Origin: a virus
Virus record (IMG/VR): IMGVR_UViG_3300009425_000015
Span: 16,308-80,307 of that record
Direction: 5' to 3' (one strand)
Length of the DNA: 64,000 bases
Positions 35,897 through 44,907 of the stretch are shown here, piece after piece; the stretch's first letter is position 1, and the number at the start of each line of letters is the position of its first letter. The notes beneath the pieces were generated by a model that was not told the origin of the DNA, did not search any database, and saw nothing but the letters and a program-made list of their open reading frames with translations. Both the position numbers and the translations under genes were made by a program.

Positions 35897-37765
35897 TTAT
35901 AAAAATTTAATTTCGCAGCTGCCGCCTGCGCAGGCTGCCTCCGCGGTTAACTGTGTATTATCATCGGACTCTACAACCCTAGTCAAATCGACACGCGATA
36001 AAGACTTCATAAGCGCTGCATACCTCTCCACAGAACAGTCCTCAAACGGAGCTTGCTTATACGTTCCCCCGTTGAACGGAAGTACTGAAAGTCCGGTATA
36101 AGACTCCCTGTTTTCCCACATCCATTCTCCGACGTCTGTCCATTCAGAATCCTTGAGAGATATCGTTGCCGAAACATTGTGATTGTTCGGGCCTTTTCCT
36201 CCGCCAGGGAATACCCACTTTTGTGTAACCTCTTTAACACGTTTGAGCAATTGCAACGCTGATTCTGTCCTAAGTATTGCGCCAGATGGTGCTTTTTGAG
36301 GGACAGAAATAACCGCTGTATCATGAGGGCGGAAATACTCGTCCTCAACCAACTCTGGGTGATTTTTAAGCAAGAATGAGTAAATTGGTTCATTCTTGCC
36401 TACACGAATTCTCCTAATATAGTAGTCGTTGTGCCATGCGTGAATGCCACTCGATGTGCCAAGGACTAATGACGTGGTGCCGGCTGGCTTAACACAGGTA
36501 GCTCTTGCTGCAGGAGAGATGCCTATAAGCTTTGCCACTAGAGCGTTTTCTTTCCTCACTACTGCTGCAGCGGCTTTCATATCTAAATCTAGAACTTTTC
36601 CTGATGCAATACCAGTCATACTAACACCCAGCAAAGCATCCTTGTCAGTGTTCACTTGCCACACAGGACGTAGATAATGAAAATCTGTATATCCTGCCTG
36701 TAATGTCCCGATAAAGGATGCAATACGTGCGCGCTCTTCTAAGTCCTTCTGGTTTTCTACATCGCTGACGTTTATCTCCGTCAAATTACAAAATTGACAT
36801 GATCTCAGAGATATCTCATGACATGGGTTAAATCCTCGCTCTTTGTCATTGGTGAAAGAAAATCCTGGTTCCCCTGCCCCGCTAGCCTGAATCCTTTCCC
36901 ATAATCCTAGGAACATCTCTTTAGTTATTCTATGCCGAAGAATAACAACCGAATTGTTAGCGCGGCCGCGTTGGGGGTTCTTCTCCCACCACGCTCCAGT
37001 CTTCGAAGATATCATGTCCTGATCGTCTGCGGAAAACAAAGATATCATTGCGGCGCGGCGGATGCCACCTGCTAATACTGCGTCTGCGACGTGGCACATA
37101 ATATCATGAGCCTCTACGGATTCTAAGCGCTGTCCGTTTTCTTTGCCTTCGAGTATCCCTTTAATTTTCAACAAGCACTCTTTAAGGGGTTGTGGGCCGG
37201 GCGCTTTGCCACCAGAAGTGACGAGCCTTTCGCCCTTTTGTCGGATGTCGCCATAATCAAATCGAACATGGCTGCTCCTATACCCATAATAGGTTTCCAT
37301 CAAAACCTTAACTGCGTCTGCCCAACCCTCAATGCTATCCTGTATGAGATATCGGTATGTCCTATTCGATGTTGGTTTTCTAACCTCTGGCAGCTTCTCG
37401 ATATGGTGCTTTTGTACTGAAAAGCCTACACCTGTGCCGCCCAGCAACAAAAACATGGACTCGCTAAACGCCCTATAATCGTCCAATGCCACGAAGGCAC
37501 AGTTAAATATCCTCGATGGGTTTATTTCAATTGGCTTTCCGCCGAACTGCATTGATCTCATCGAAGGGAGCACTTTTCTGTCATGAACCATCTTATACGC
37601 TTTTCTTATCCTAAGCTCCACTTCAGGAAACTTCTTAATGTGCATATTCATGTTTCTAGTTACCAATTCTTCCCAAGTCTCTCTTCTGTTCTCTGCAGGT
37701 AAGAATCTTGCGTACTTCATATGCACCGTGATATCAGATAATATTTCGTTAGACAATTCATTCAT
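35897..37765 (-). CDS. nrdJ: class II (B12-dependent) ribonucleotide reductase
   Basis: PSMR, IFNC, GGIRRAA, NPCHEI, TCVKPAGT, C-terminal CAGGSC. Confidence 0.95.
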   Translation of the reverse strand: MNELSNEILSDITVHMKYARFLPAENRRETWEELVTRNMNMHIKKFPEVELRIRKAYKMVHDRKVLPSMRSMQFGGKPIEINPSRIFNCAFVALDDYRAFSESMFLLLGGTGVGFSVQKHHIEKLPEVRKPTSNRTYRYLIQDSIEGWADAVKVLMETYYGYRSSHVRFDYGDIRQKGERLVTSGGKAPGPQPLKECLLKIKGILEGKENGQRLESVEAHDIMCHVADAVLAGGIRRAAMISLFSADDQDMISSKTGAWWEKNPQRGRANNSVVILRHRITKEMFLGLWERIQASGAGEPGFSFTNDKERGFNPCHEISLRSCQFCNLTEINVSDVENQKDLEERARIASFIGTLQAGYTDFHYLRPVWQVNTDKDALLGVSMTGIASGKVLDLDMKAAAAVVRKENALVAKLIGISPAARATCVKPAGTTSLVLGTSSGIHAWHNDYYIRRIRVGKNEPIYSFLLKNHPELVEDEYFRPHDTAVISVPQKAPSGAILRTESALQLLKRVKEVTQKWVFPGGGKGPNNHNVSATISLKDSEWTDVGEWMWENRESYTGLSVLPFNGGTYKQAPFEDCSVERYAALMKSLSRVDLTRVVESDDNTQLTAEAACAGGSCEIKFL

Positions 37766-39138
37766 GTTTTTTTCTCCTTCTTGTAAGTGTTGTATTTTTC
37801 CTTTAATAATTCCCTTTGGTGTTTTGCTGCGTTTTCTATTACATCACCCACAGTCTCACTTGTCGGTGGCAGTACTTTGATTTTGACATTACTAGTGTCC
37901 ATGAAGATAGGAAAAATTAAACCGTCGGGCCCGTTCCTATTCTTAGCTACGAATATTCTACCCCCGTTTACACCCTTGTCTTTGATGGTTCTAGAGATTG
38001 TGAATATAAAATCTGCTACAAAACATTTGTTAAAAGCTTCCGATATGGACTCCATTGTTATAACTTCTGCATTTAATCCTGAGCGGTTAGTTTGTGACGC
38101 TGTCCACACAGGGCAACGATTTATTTGGGCTAATCCTCTCAACTCTTCATAAATAGTTTCTAGTTGATGTCTTTTCTCATCTTTTCGTGAACCTGCAGGT
38201 TTTATTAAATCTCCGTAGTCTACAATTATTATATCGGGGTCGAAGCCGCGCATTTTCATCTTTTCTAAATGATTCTTAATTGTCTGAATACTTGCCGATC
38301 TTGTTGGGTATTCCTTAACAATTAGCTTGCCCTCTATGCCTTGAATCTCTTCATATATCTTTTCCTTGAATGCCTTCAAGTCTGACAATCCTACGCCGGT
38401 TATCGCGCTGTCATATCTACTAGCGACGATAGTGTCCGCTAACTCGAGCGTGTAATGAACAACGTTCTTTCCGTCTTTTAGAGCTTGAGCACCGAGGTGC
38501 ACCAGCGCCATACTCTTTCCGGCGCCAGTGGGGGCTATTACTACCCCAAGTTCTCCAGAGCCCAAGCCACCGGTGCACAGAGAATCTATCTCTTTCCACC
38601 CTGTAGTAACTGGACTTCTTTCTTTTATTTCGAATCTTCTCTCAAAGTCAATATGATAATCATACCCAAAGTCGTTATCACTACCAAGTTTAATAGCCTC
38701 ATTAATAATCTCGCTAACCTCGTCAAATGACGACTTCTTTATTAAATCCACAGACTTAATAAGCGCCTCCTTGAGCTTCTGCTTTCGACAAAAATCAAGC
38801 GCGACGTCCTTAATGTAATCAGAACCTTCAACTTCTAATTTAGTCGAAATTGTATGTGCGAAGTAATCGCGGATACGAACTTTTATCGCGTCTGTCTCTT
38901 CTCTTAATTCAGTCCTTACAACTGATAACATAATCTTTTGAGTTGGGTGTACGTTATATTTCTCTCTGTAATTCTTTATAAGTCCTACAAAAACTCTCAA
39001 ATATTTCAATTCTAAAAACTCGATGTCAAGAACCTCAAATATCTGATCAGCGAATGGTCTGTCTACCAGTATAAGCTGACATAAACTTTCTTGAAAAGAT
39101 TTTCCATACTTGGAAAAATTTTCTTGTTCTTTGCTCAT
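37762..39138 (-). CDS. dnaB: replicative DnaB/gp41-like helicase
   Basis: APTGAGKS Walker A, TLE, IVDY, TASQTNR, KNRNG. Confidence 0.92.
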   Translation of the reverse strand: MSKEQENFSKYGKSFQESLCQLILVDRPFADQIFEVLDIEFLELKYLRVFVGLIKNYREKYNVHPTQKIMLSVVRTELREETDAIKVRIRDYFAHTISTKLEVEGSDYIKDVALDFCRKQKLKEALIKSVDLIKKSSFDEVSEIINEAIKLGSDNDFGYDYHIDFERRFEIKERSPVTTGWKEIDSLCTGGLGSGELGVVIAPTGAGKSMALVHLGAQALKDGKNVVHYTLELADTIVASRYDSAITGVGLSDLKAFKEKIYEEIQGIEGKLIVKEYPTRSASIQTIKNHLEKMKMRGFDPDIIIVDYGDLIKPAGSRKDEKRHQLETIYEELRGLAQINRCPVWTASQTNRSGLNAEVITMESISEAFNKCFVADFIFTISRTIKDKGVNGGRIFVAKNRNGPDGLIFPIFMDTSNVKIKVLPPTSETVGDVIENAAKHQRELLKEKYNTYKKEKKT

Positions 39139-39162
39139 TAAGTGCCTTTCTTTGTAAGATTA

Positions 39163-39191
39163 ATTATAGCTCAATAGTAGCTAAAATGCAA
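39163..39191 (-). promoter_or_regulatory. sigma70-type promoter TTGCAT-N17-TATAAT
   Basis: TTGCAT TTTAGCTACTATTGAGC TATAAT upstream of the helicase. Confidence 0.6.
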
Positions 39192-39192
39192 G

Positions 39193-40173
39193 CTATTTGT
39201 TCGAATCTGAAACAATTCTATTAAAAGTTGTAAACAAGTCGAACAGCGAAACTTCCCCAAGTCCGTCTTTCATCATTTCAGTGCGGAGCCCACTTTTGTT
39301 GAATTCTGGATGAAATTCTGTCATGCATTCTCGTACTTTAGCGTGTGTCTGAGCGGATAAAGACGGTACGTACAGCTGCATCATCTTATAGTTTTCCCTG
39401 ACGATGCTTTGGTTCTCAACGACAGTGTGGTGCACCTTAAGCGGGGCATCTTGAGAAAGACAGTCTTTCACAATATCGTCTAAGAAATAGCTCTTCTCTT
39501 CAGATAAAAAAGGAAACCTCTTGGCGACGGTACCCATTCCCACGCCCATTAAGCCAGGCAAGTTATCGCTAGTGTCTCCAACCATCGCTTTCGCTAAGGC
39601 AAAGTTGCTTGGGTGTACACCGTATTTTTTAATGAGAGTTTTCTTATTCAATATCTCTTTCTGAGTTGGGCGGTATATCAAAGTTTTATCATCCAACAAC
39701 TGAAAGAAGTCCTTATCCGATGATACTATTACCTTTTCCCAGTCTTCGTGTGATGGATGCTGGACAACTGCTGCAATGATGTCATCTGCCTCTACGCCGT
39801 CTTCCAAAAGCTGAATTACAGGGGTACAATTCAAGTATTCCAATACTCTCGATAGTTGCCACAACTTATTTGTCGCTTCTTGTTCCTCTGTCATAGTCCT
39901 TACATCTCTATTTAGCCTTACCCTGGCGGCGCGTGGGACAGGGGGAGAGCGCCCTGCTTTATAATTTTTGTTAATGGACTTTCTTTTTTTTGATCCACCC
40001 TCACCGTCCCAGACAACAACCACCTTGTCAGGCTTAATTTTTCTAACTAGCGTATTCAAGATTTTAAGAAATCCCTTGCATCCGCCTACGGGCTGGCCAT
40101 TCGCTGACATGCTAGGATCTACAATGTAAGATCTTGAGAATTGGTTCAATGCGTCTACTACCATCAGTCTCAT
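39193..40173 (-). CDS. 5'-3' exonuclease / flap endonuclease (PolA N-terminal / T4 RNase H family)
   Basis: VVDA, WDG, YKAGR, EADD, SSDKDF, GDTSDNLPG. Confidence 0.93.
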   Translation of the reverse strand: MRLMVVDALNQFSRSYIVDPSMSANGQPVGGCKGFLKILNTLVRKIKPDKVVVVWDGEGGSKKRKSINKNYKAGRSPPVPRAARVRLNRDVRTMTEEQEATNKLWQLSRVLEYLNCTPVIQLLEDGVEADDIIAAVVQHPSHEDWEKVIVSSDKDFFQLLDDKTLIYRPTQKEILNKKTLIKKYGVHPSNFALAKAMVGDTSDNLPGLMGVGMGTVAKRFPFLSEEKSYFLDDIVKDCLSQDAPLKVHHTVVENQSIVRENYKMMQLYVPSLSAQTHAKVRECMTEFHPEFNKSGLRTEMMKDGLGEVSLFDLFTTFNRIVSDSNK

Positions 40174-40187
40174 TACTTTCTCCTTTT

Positions 40188-40218
40188 TAAAAAAATAAGC
40201 CGCCTGTTAGGGCGGCTT
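40188..40218 (-). terminator. intrinsic terminator after recA
   Basis: AAGCCGCC-loop-GGCGGCTT followed by ATTTTTTT on the minus strand. Confidence 0.8.
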
Positions 40219-40237
40219 TTATAGTTAGGGGCACTAA

Positions 40238-41365
40238 CTATTCTTCTGTAGTTCCAGTCTCAAGATCATAAAAATCTGAAGCCTTCCCTGTCCTTTCGGA
40301 AAACTTTTTAATAACATCGTTATCCATCAAGTGCAGTACTCTTGCTCTAAACTTTTCGTTTTCCAGCTTCTCAACCCAACCCTTGCGTTGGAACTTTTCC
40401 TCCGAGCCGTCCTCATAAACAATCGAAAACCAAGCTCCAGTCTGTTTTAGGCTTTCAGAAATCTGAATTGCATCAAACCAACTTTCCCTATCTTGGACAC
40501 CGATTTCTCCACTGTCTCCCCAAAGTATCTTAAAGTTGCAAGTCCTACCTGCCGTGCCGAACCTAGATTTCTCTATCTTCGCCTTAACTTCTGATCCAAT
40601 CCTGAAGCCGTTAACGTCCGTCACATACGATGCTTTCGCTTTTCTCCCAGTAAGCCAAATCCTCAAAGAGTAAGAGTAAGGCAAGGACTTGCCTCCCGGT
40701 GTCATATATGGGGTTGTCATCGCTTCAGACGGAGAACGAGTTATATTGGTTTTTAGCTGATTCAATACCAGCAATGTTGCATCAGCATTAGCGATAGGAA
40801 CAACCAACTTGGACATACCCTTCGACAAGATTCTAGCCTTCTTCCCGACTTCCGAATTCGGGTTAAAATCTCCGGCAATGTCTGAAACCGAAGGAGTCAA
40901 AGCGAGAGAGTCCCAAATAAACAAAAGCCTATTACCAGTCGCTAGCAAGTCTTCTATTGTCTCCAGTACAAATTCTACAGATTGTGCCTGAGTGTACAAC
41001 AACCTCTCTAAATCGCAGCCTGCTCTCTCCAGGAAGTTAGGATCGATTGCAGACTCAGAATCGAAATATACGACGTCGATGCCCATCTTTTGGGCATTTG
41101 CAGCAACCTGAGCTGCCATAAAGCTCTTGCCCGTAGATTCCAGGCCTGCAATCTCAGATATTTTGCCCACTGGGACACCTGCCAACTTGCCCTTGCAAGT
41201 GATGGAGTCCAGCCACCTAGATCCTGTCGGAATCCAATCCTTTACCTCAGTGGGGTTGTCCTCCTTGAGACTATAGGCAACAGTAGAGCCTGCCCTCTTG
41301 TTAACCAAGGACTTCATTTGCTCGAATGAAACCTTGCCTGTTTTAATTTTGCTAATTTTAGCCAT
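40238..41365 (-). CDS. recA: RecA/UvsX recombinase
   Basis: IPTGS, GLESTGKS, DSE, WDSL, LNQL, TPGGK, KSR. Confidence 0.93.
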   Translation of the reverse strand: MAKISKIKTGKVSFEQMKSLVNKRAGSTVAYSLKEDNPTEVKDWIPTGSRWLDSITCKGKLAGVPVGKISEIAGLESTGKSFMAAQVAANAQKMGIDVVYFDSESAIDPNFLERAGCDLERLLYTQAQSVEFVLETIEDLLATGNRLLFIWDSLALTPSVSDIAGDFNPNSEVGKKARILSKGMSKLVVPIANADATLLVLNQLKTNITRSPSEAMTTPYMTPGGKSLPYSYSLRIWLTGRKAKASYVTDVNGFRIGSEVKAKIEKSRFGTAGRTCNFKILWGDSGEIGVQDRESWFDAIQISESLKQTGAWFSIVYEDGSEEKFQRKGWVEKLENEKFRARVLHLMDNDVIKKFSERTGKASDFYDLETGTTEE

Positions 41366-41396
41366 CTTATACCCCCTGTCGTACGATTGTGAATCT

Positions 41397-41864
41397 CTAA
41401 TTATTAGTGTCCTCTGCCACGTCAACTAATTCAATTTCAAAATTTAAAGTTTTGCCTGCCATTGGATGATTAAAATTCAACAATACAGTACCCGAATCAC
41501 GAATCTCCGCAATGGTTGCCTGTACCGGAGCATCCTGCGGGCCCGTGCCATGCACAATATTGCCGACATTAAATTCGAAGTCATCTGGAAACTCTTCTTT
41601 TGGAATTTCCTTAAAAAGTTCCGGATTTTCCACCCCATATGCCTCGGTTGGCTTAAGTGTGATATTCTTAGTCTCACCAATTGCCATATCGCGGACTGCA
41701 GTGTCAAAGCCCTCAATTAAAACACCAGAGCCCACCTCGAAGGTAAGTGGCTCGTCTCTAGTCCTAGAGCTGTCGAATTCCGTTCCGTCCGCGAGAGTGC
41801 CCACATAATGGACGCTCACAGTCTTGCCTTCTGTCAATTGCTTATTCTTATTTTTTTTAGACAT
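41397..41864 (-). CDS. FKBP-type PPIase (SlyD/SlpA-like with IF domain)
   Basis: VSVHYVGTL, FDSS, LIEGFD, EAYG, NFNHPMAGKTLNFEI. Confidence 0.93.
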   Translation of the reverse strand: MSKKNKNKQLTEGKTVSVHYVGTLADGTEFDSSRTRDEPLTFEVGSGVLIEGFDTAVRDMAIGETKNITLKPTEAYGVENPELFKEIPKEEFPDDFEFNVGNIVHGTGPQDAPVQATIAEIRDSGTVLLNFNHPMAGKTLNFEIELVDVAEDTNN

Positions 41865-41984
41865 TTGATATTACTCCTTTTTTTTATTATTGTACATGTG
41901 AGGCACCTCTTCCCCGTGCCTCCCTGCGGGTATCTTTCCCCAAGAGGAAGATATCTAATAGGCGTCTACTCTACTAGCCATAGA

Positions 41985-42743
41985 TTAGCCATTTAGCAAA
42001 TCATTAAATGCCGCTTCGACAGAATCTTGATTTTGATTAGCTGCTTGGGTAGTGCCAAACTTTTCTACCTGGTTGGTTGAGCCGCCATCATTAGATAGAA
42101 AGGTGTCCAACAAGCCAGAAACTTCGTCTGTAGTCTTTCTCTCAAAAATCGTCTCAAAATCTGGGACTGTGTCCAACAACTCTGCACATCGTTCATCGCC
42201 GCCGACGGAATCATTACACAATACGCTCTTTCGAGGCCTCGGGCGGATATCAGTAGTCGGAAAGGACGCACCTGGGGCTTTACCATAAAGCACTTTCAAG
42301 TCGTTGCCCTCTTCAACGTCCGTGATATCACCATAGTCCGGATCCAAAACAATATTGAGCAGCTTTTGGTATGCCTGCTTTCCGTATCCCCAGACTCGAA
42401 TTCCTTCCGTCTCCTCTCCCCTCACCAGGACAGGTGAGAAAAATCGTTGCTTAGCGAACATATCCTTTGCAAGCCTCTTACTCTCTTCAGTCCCCTCATT
42501 CCACAGCTTGCTTCCAAAGTCACAAACCGGACATGAGTCTCCAAAATTTCTCTTAGGACACAGAAACCCACCCTTTGCAACGTTGTAGTGAAACCAACGC
42601 TCCTTGAAGGGATCTCCGTCCGAAGTGGTAACAATTCGAACGTTATTCTCTCCGTCTTGCGGCCGCCAGAACATCTTCCTAGCGCCATCCTTGCCTTGAA
42701 GGGCGCTCAACTTTGCCCTCATTCTGTCAATATCAATAGCCAT
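41985..42743 (-). CDS. single-stranded DNA-binding protein (gp32-like)
   Basis: FHY...CP...CPVC Zn ligands, YGDITD, acidic tail ending FNDLLNG. Confidence 0.85.
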   Translation of the reverse strand: MAIDIDRMRAKLSALQGKDGARKMFWRPQDGENNVRIVTTSDGDPFKERWFHYNVAKGGFLCPKRNFGDSCPVCDFGSKLWNEGTEESKRLAKDMFAKQRFFSPVLVRGEETEGIRVWGYGKQAYQKLLNIVLDPDYGDITDVEEGNDLKVLYGKAPGASFPTTDIRPRPRKSVLCNDSVGGDERCAELLDTVPDFETIFERKTTDEVSGLLDTFLSNDGGSTNQVEKFGTTQAANQNQDSVEAAFNDLLNG

Positions 42744-42760
42744 AATAAATCTCCTTATTG

Positions 42761-42808
42761 TTTTTTTGCTCACCGGCTAAAGTAAGTCGGCAAATTTCCC
42801 GACTCACT
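42761..42808 (-). promoter_or_regulatory. structured 5' leader of the ssb gene
   Basis: 10-bp stem AGTGAGTCGG/CCGACTTACT at the predicted +1. Confidence 0.55.
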
Positions 42809-42814
42809 AACAAC

Positions 42815-42843
42815 ATTATATTACTATTTTGTCATCTTGTCAA
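42815..42843 (-). promoter_or_regulatory. perfect sigma70 promoter TTGACA-N17-TATAAT for ssb
   Basis: TTGACA AGATGACAAAATAGTAA TATAAT; second candidate TTGACA-N17-TATTAT at 43029-43057. Confidence 0.8.
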
Positions 42844-43694
42844 GTGTTTTTTTCTAATTTCTGAATATTTGAACTGTTAGCCATAACATATACGTAATCG
42901 TGCTCATAATCCGTTGAATATATCCCATAACTAACTTTTGTACTTTCAGTTAACTTAGATTTAACCTGGTTAACTATCTGCCTGAATAAATGCTTCTCTG
43001 TTTCCAACTTATGTTGGGAGATTGCATAATAATACCTCTTTTCCCGCGGGTTGTCAAGAGAAAAGAAAAATTTCTCTTCACCGCTTTCAAAACCAACGAA
43101 CCCGAAAGTATAGATTCTTGCCGTATTGCCAGGGGGAGAGAATGTATCAGATACTGATTGTGTGTTATTGAAAACATTTACCATATGTATCGTAGAAACC
43201 AAAAAATCGTTTATTGTCTCATGATAATTCATTATAGTAAGATTTTCCACCAAAGGTTCCATATGAACGTTTGACGCCAAATATAATTTGTCGAATACGC
43301 CAGATCTGGTATATTCCTGCAGAACGTTCCTGACTACCCTCTCTTGCTTTGTTTTTATTTCTCCTAACAATTCTACCTCAGGCACTATACAAAGTATACT
43401 AATTTTACAATTGTTTTTTTTCAACTGTTCAAGCGCTATTAAAGAAACGCTGGCAACTGAACTGGCGCCGCATACAACAAAAAGCACCGAAGTATCTTTA
43501 ACTTCTTCAAAGAATACCGATAAGTCAGGAGGGTTGTTCTCATAATCTTCTGGAATTTCAAACGATGGCAGCAAAAAACACCTTTCCCCCTCCTGCTCTT
43601 CAACGTCGATTTTGTACGTACCATATTGTGCATACTTCTCAAATTTTCTGGTAACATTGCAGCCTGCAGTACCTAAACCTACTACTATTTCCAC
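42840..43694 (-). CDS. divergent tubulin/FtsZ-like protein (PhuZ-like)
   Basis: VVGLGTAGCNV T1 loop, KIDV, degenerate T4 loop CGASSVAS, IVPE, LASN, TIN. Confidence 0.6.
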   Translation of the reverse strand: MEIVVGLGTAGCNVTRKFEKYAQYGTYKIDVEEQEGERCFLLPSFEIPEDYENNPPDLSVFFEEVKDTSVLFVVCGASSVASVSLIALEQLKKNNCKISILCIVPEVELLGEIKTKQERVVRNVLQEYTRSGVFDKLYLASNVHMEPLVENLTIMNYHETINDFLVSTIHMVNVFNNTQSVSDTFSPPGNTARIYTFGFVGFESGEEKFFFSLDNPREKRYYYAISQHKLETEKHLFRQIVNQVKSKLTESTKVSYGIYSTDYEHDYVYVMANSSNIQKLEKNT

Positions 43695-44881
43695 GTTATC
43701 TCCTTAAGATTTCCATAATTCTTGCCAGCGCTCACATTAACATTGAAATTTCCAAACCTTGTATCTCGCAAGGTGTTGACGATGCTAGTTAAAGATGCCC
43801 TGTCCTCCATAGAATAGTCAATTACTATTGAATCGTGCACGGTAAAACATATTTTTGATTTCTTGTCAGACAAGACGTCATGTGCCTCTATCGCCTTTTC
43901 CAAAACCAAATCACTGGTTGTTGATTGTACCAGATAATTCAATGCATGATGTCTGTCTGACGCTATGACTCTTCCGTACGGGGTTTTTACTTCCTCACCA
44001 TTCCAATATTCTAAAGATACATTCTTGTCATAATATTTTTCTAGCATGTAATCACTAGCAGTTGGATTATATAGCCATGCAAAAAACCTCACCTTCATTT
44101 CGCTCCGCGTTGTAAGCGATCGGGCACAATTTGTCAAATTCCACTCATGGATATCTTCGTTTGGTTGTGGCTTCCCAGACAGCGCCAACAAAGTCCTTAT
44201 CTCTGCGCCGTTATAATCAAGCTCCACAAATAAATCATTTTTAGGCTTAAGTACACAGCGATGATCCCTGTCTAAAGTCAATGCAGGAAAAGTGTTCTTT
44301 AAAGTTGTCAATCTTCCAGTTTTTGTTCCATATAGATTATACCTCACATTTGGCTTCATCTTCAAAAGTTTCTTATAAAAATTTCTAGTCTTAACTTGGT
44401 GAAAATTGGCTTTAAGCTCGGCAGGTGCAATGTTTAAATCCTGTGCCGAAATGTCTTCAAGCATTTCGTGCACGGACGATAAGAACTTGTAATTCCTTGG
44501 CTTTTCATAGCTATTTAAAATATGATAACATATTTCATTCCGGATATTGTAATAATCTTTAAGAAATTTCTCAGGTACCAACTCAAAAAAGCAATTCTCA
44601 TCGAGAGAGACTTTGGAAGCTTGAAGTGCTCGAAAGAATGCCCTCATCTTTCCCTCTGCTGCAGCAAACTCTACAGTAAGGTTTCCAGGGCAAGAATCCC
44701 TTAAAGTGGCACCCGAACTAGCGACATAAGCGTAGTCCAAGACACCCTTACATGCTTGCAGGGAAGGAGAATACCTCCACGTGGCACTGAGGGCTTCCCA
44801 ATTTATATCTTCCAGTTGAATGTTACCATCGGCATATATACCCAAACACTCTGCTTTTGAATCTAGAGCTTGAAATATCAT
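43685..44881 (-). CDS. family A DNA polymerase, polymerase domain only
   Basis: TGRL, DYNGAEIR (motif A), DIH, R..K...F..LY (motif B), TPYGR, NYLVQST, VHDS (motif C). Confidence 0.85.
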   Translation of the reverse strand: MIFQALDSKAECLGIYADGNIQLEDINWEALSATWRYSPSLQACKGVLDYAYVASSGATLRDSCPGNLTVEFAAAEGKMRAFFRALQASKVSLDENCFFELVPEKFLKDYYNIRNEICYHILNSYEKPRNYKFLSSVHEMLEDISAQDLNIAPAELKANFHQVKTRNFYKKLLKMKPNVRYNLYGTKTGRLTTLKNTFPALTLDRDHRCVLKPKNDLFVELDYNGAEIRTLLALSGKPQPNEDIHEWNLTNCARSLTTRSEMKVRFFAWLYNPTASDYMLEKYYDKNVSLEYWNGEEVKTPYGRVIASDRHHALNYLVQSTTSDLVLEKAIEAHDVLSDKKSKICFTVHDSIVIDYSMEDRASLTSIVNTLRDTRFGNFNVNVSAGKNYGNLKEITWK

Positions 44882-44907
44882 CTTTTCTTTCTTTCGTTAA
44901 TGATTGC

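Noticed and set aside
25617-41365. Inteins or introns in dnaE, nrdJ, helicase, recA
   Set aside because: Proteins are of normal length with contiguous motifs; no intein termini or homing endonuclease motifs seen.
42840-43694. Nucleus-forming jumbo phage
   Set aside because: A tubulin-like gene alone is insufficient; no chimallin or phage multisubunit RNAP is recognisable, and promoters are host sigma70 type.
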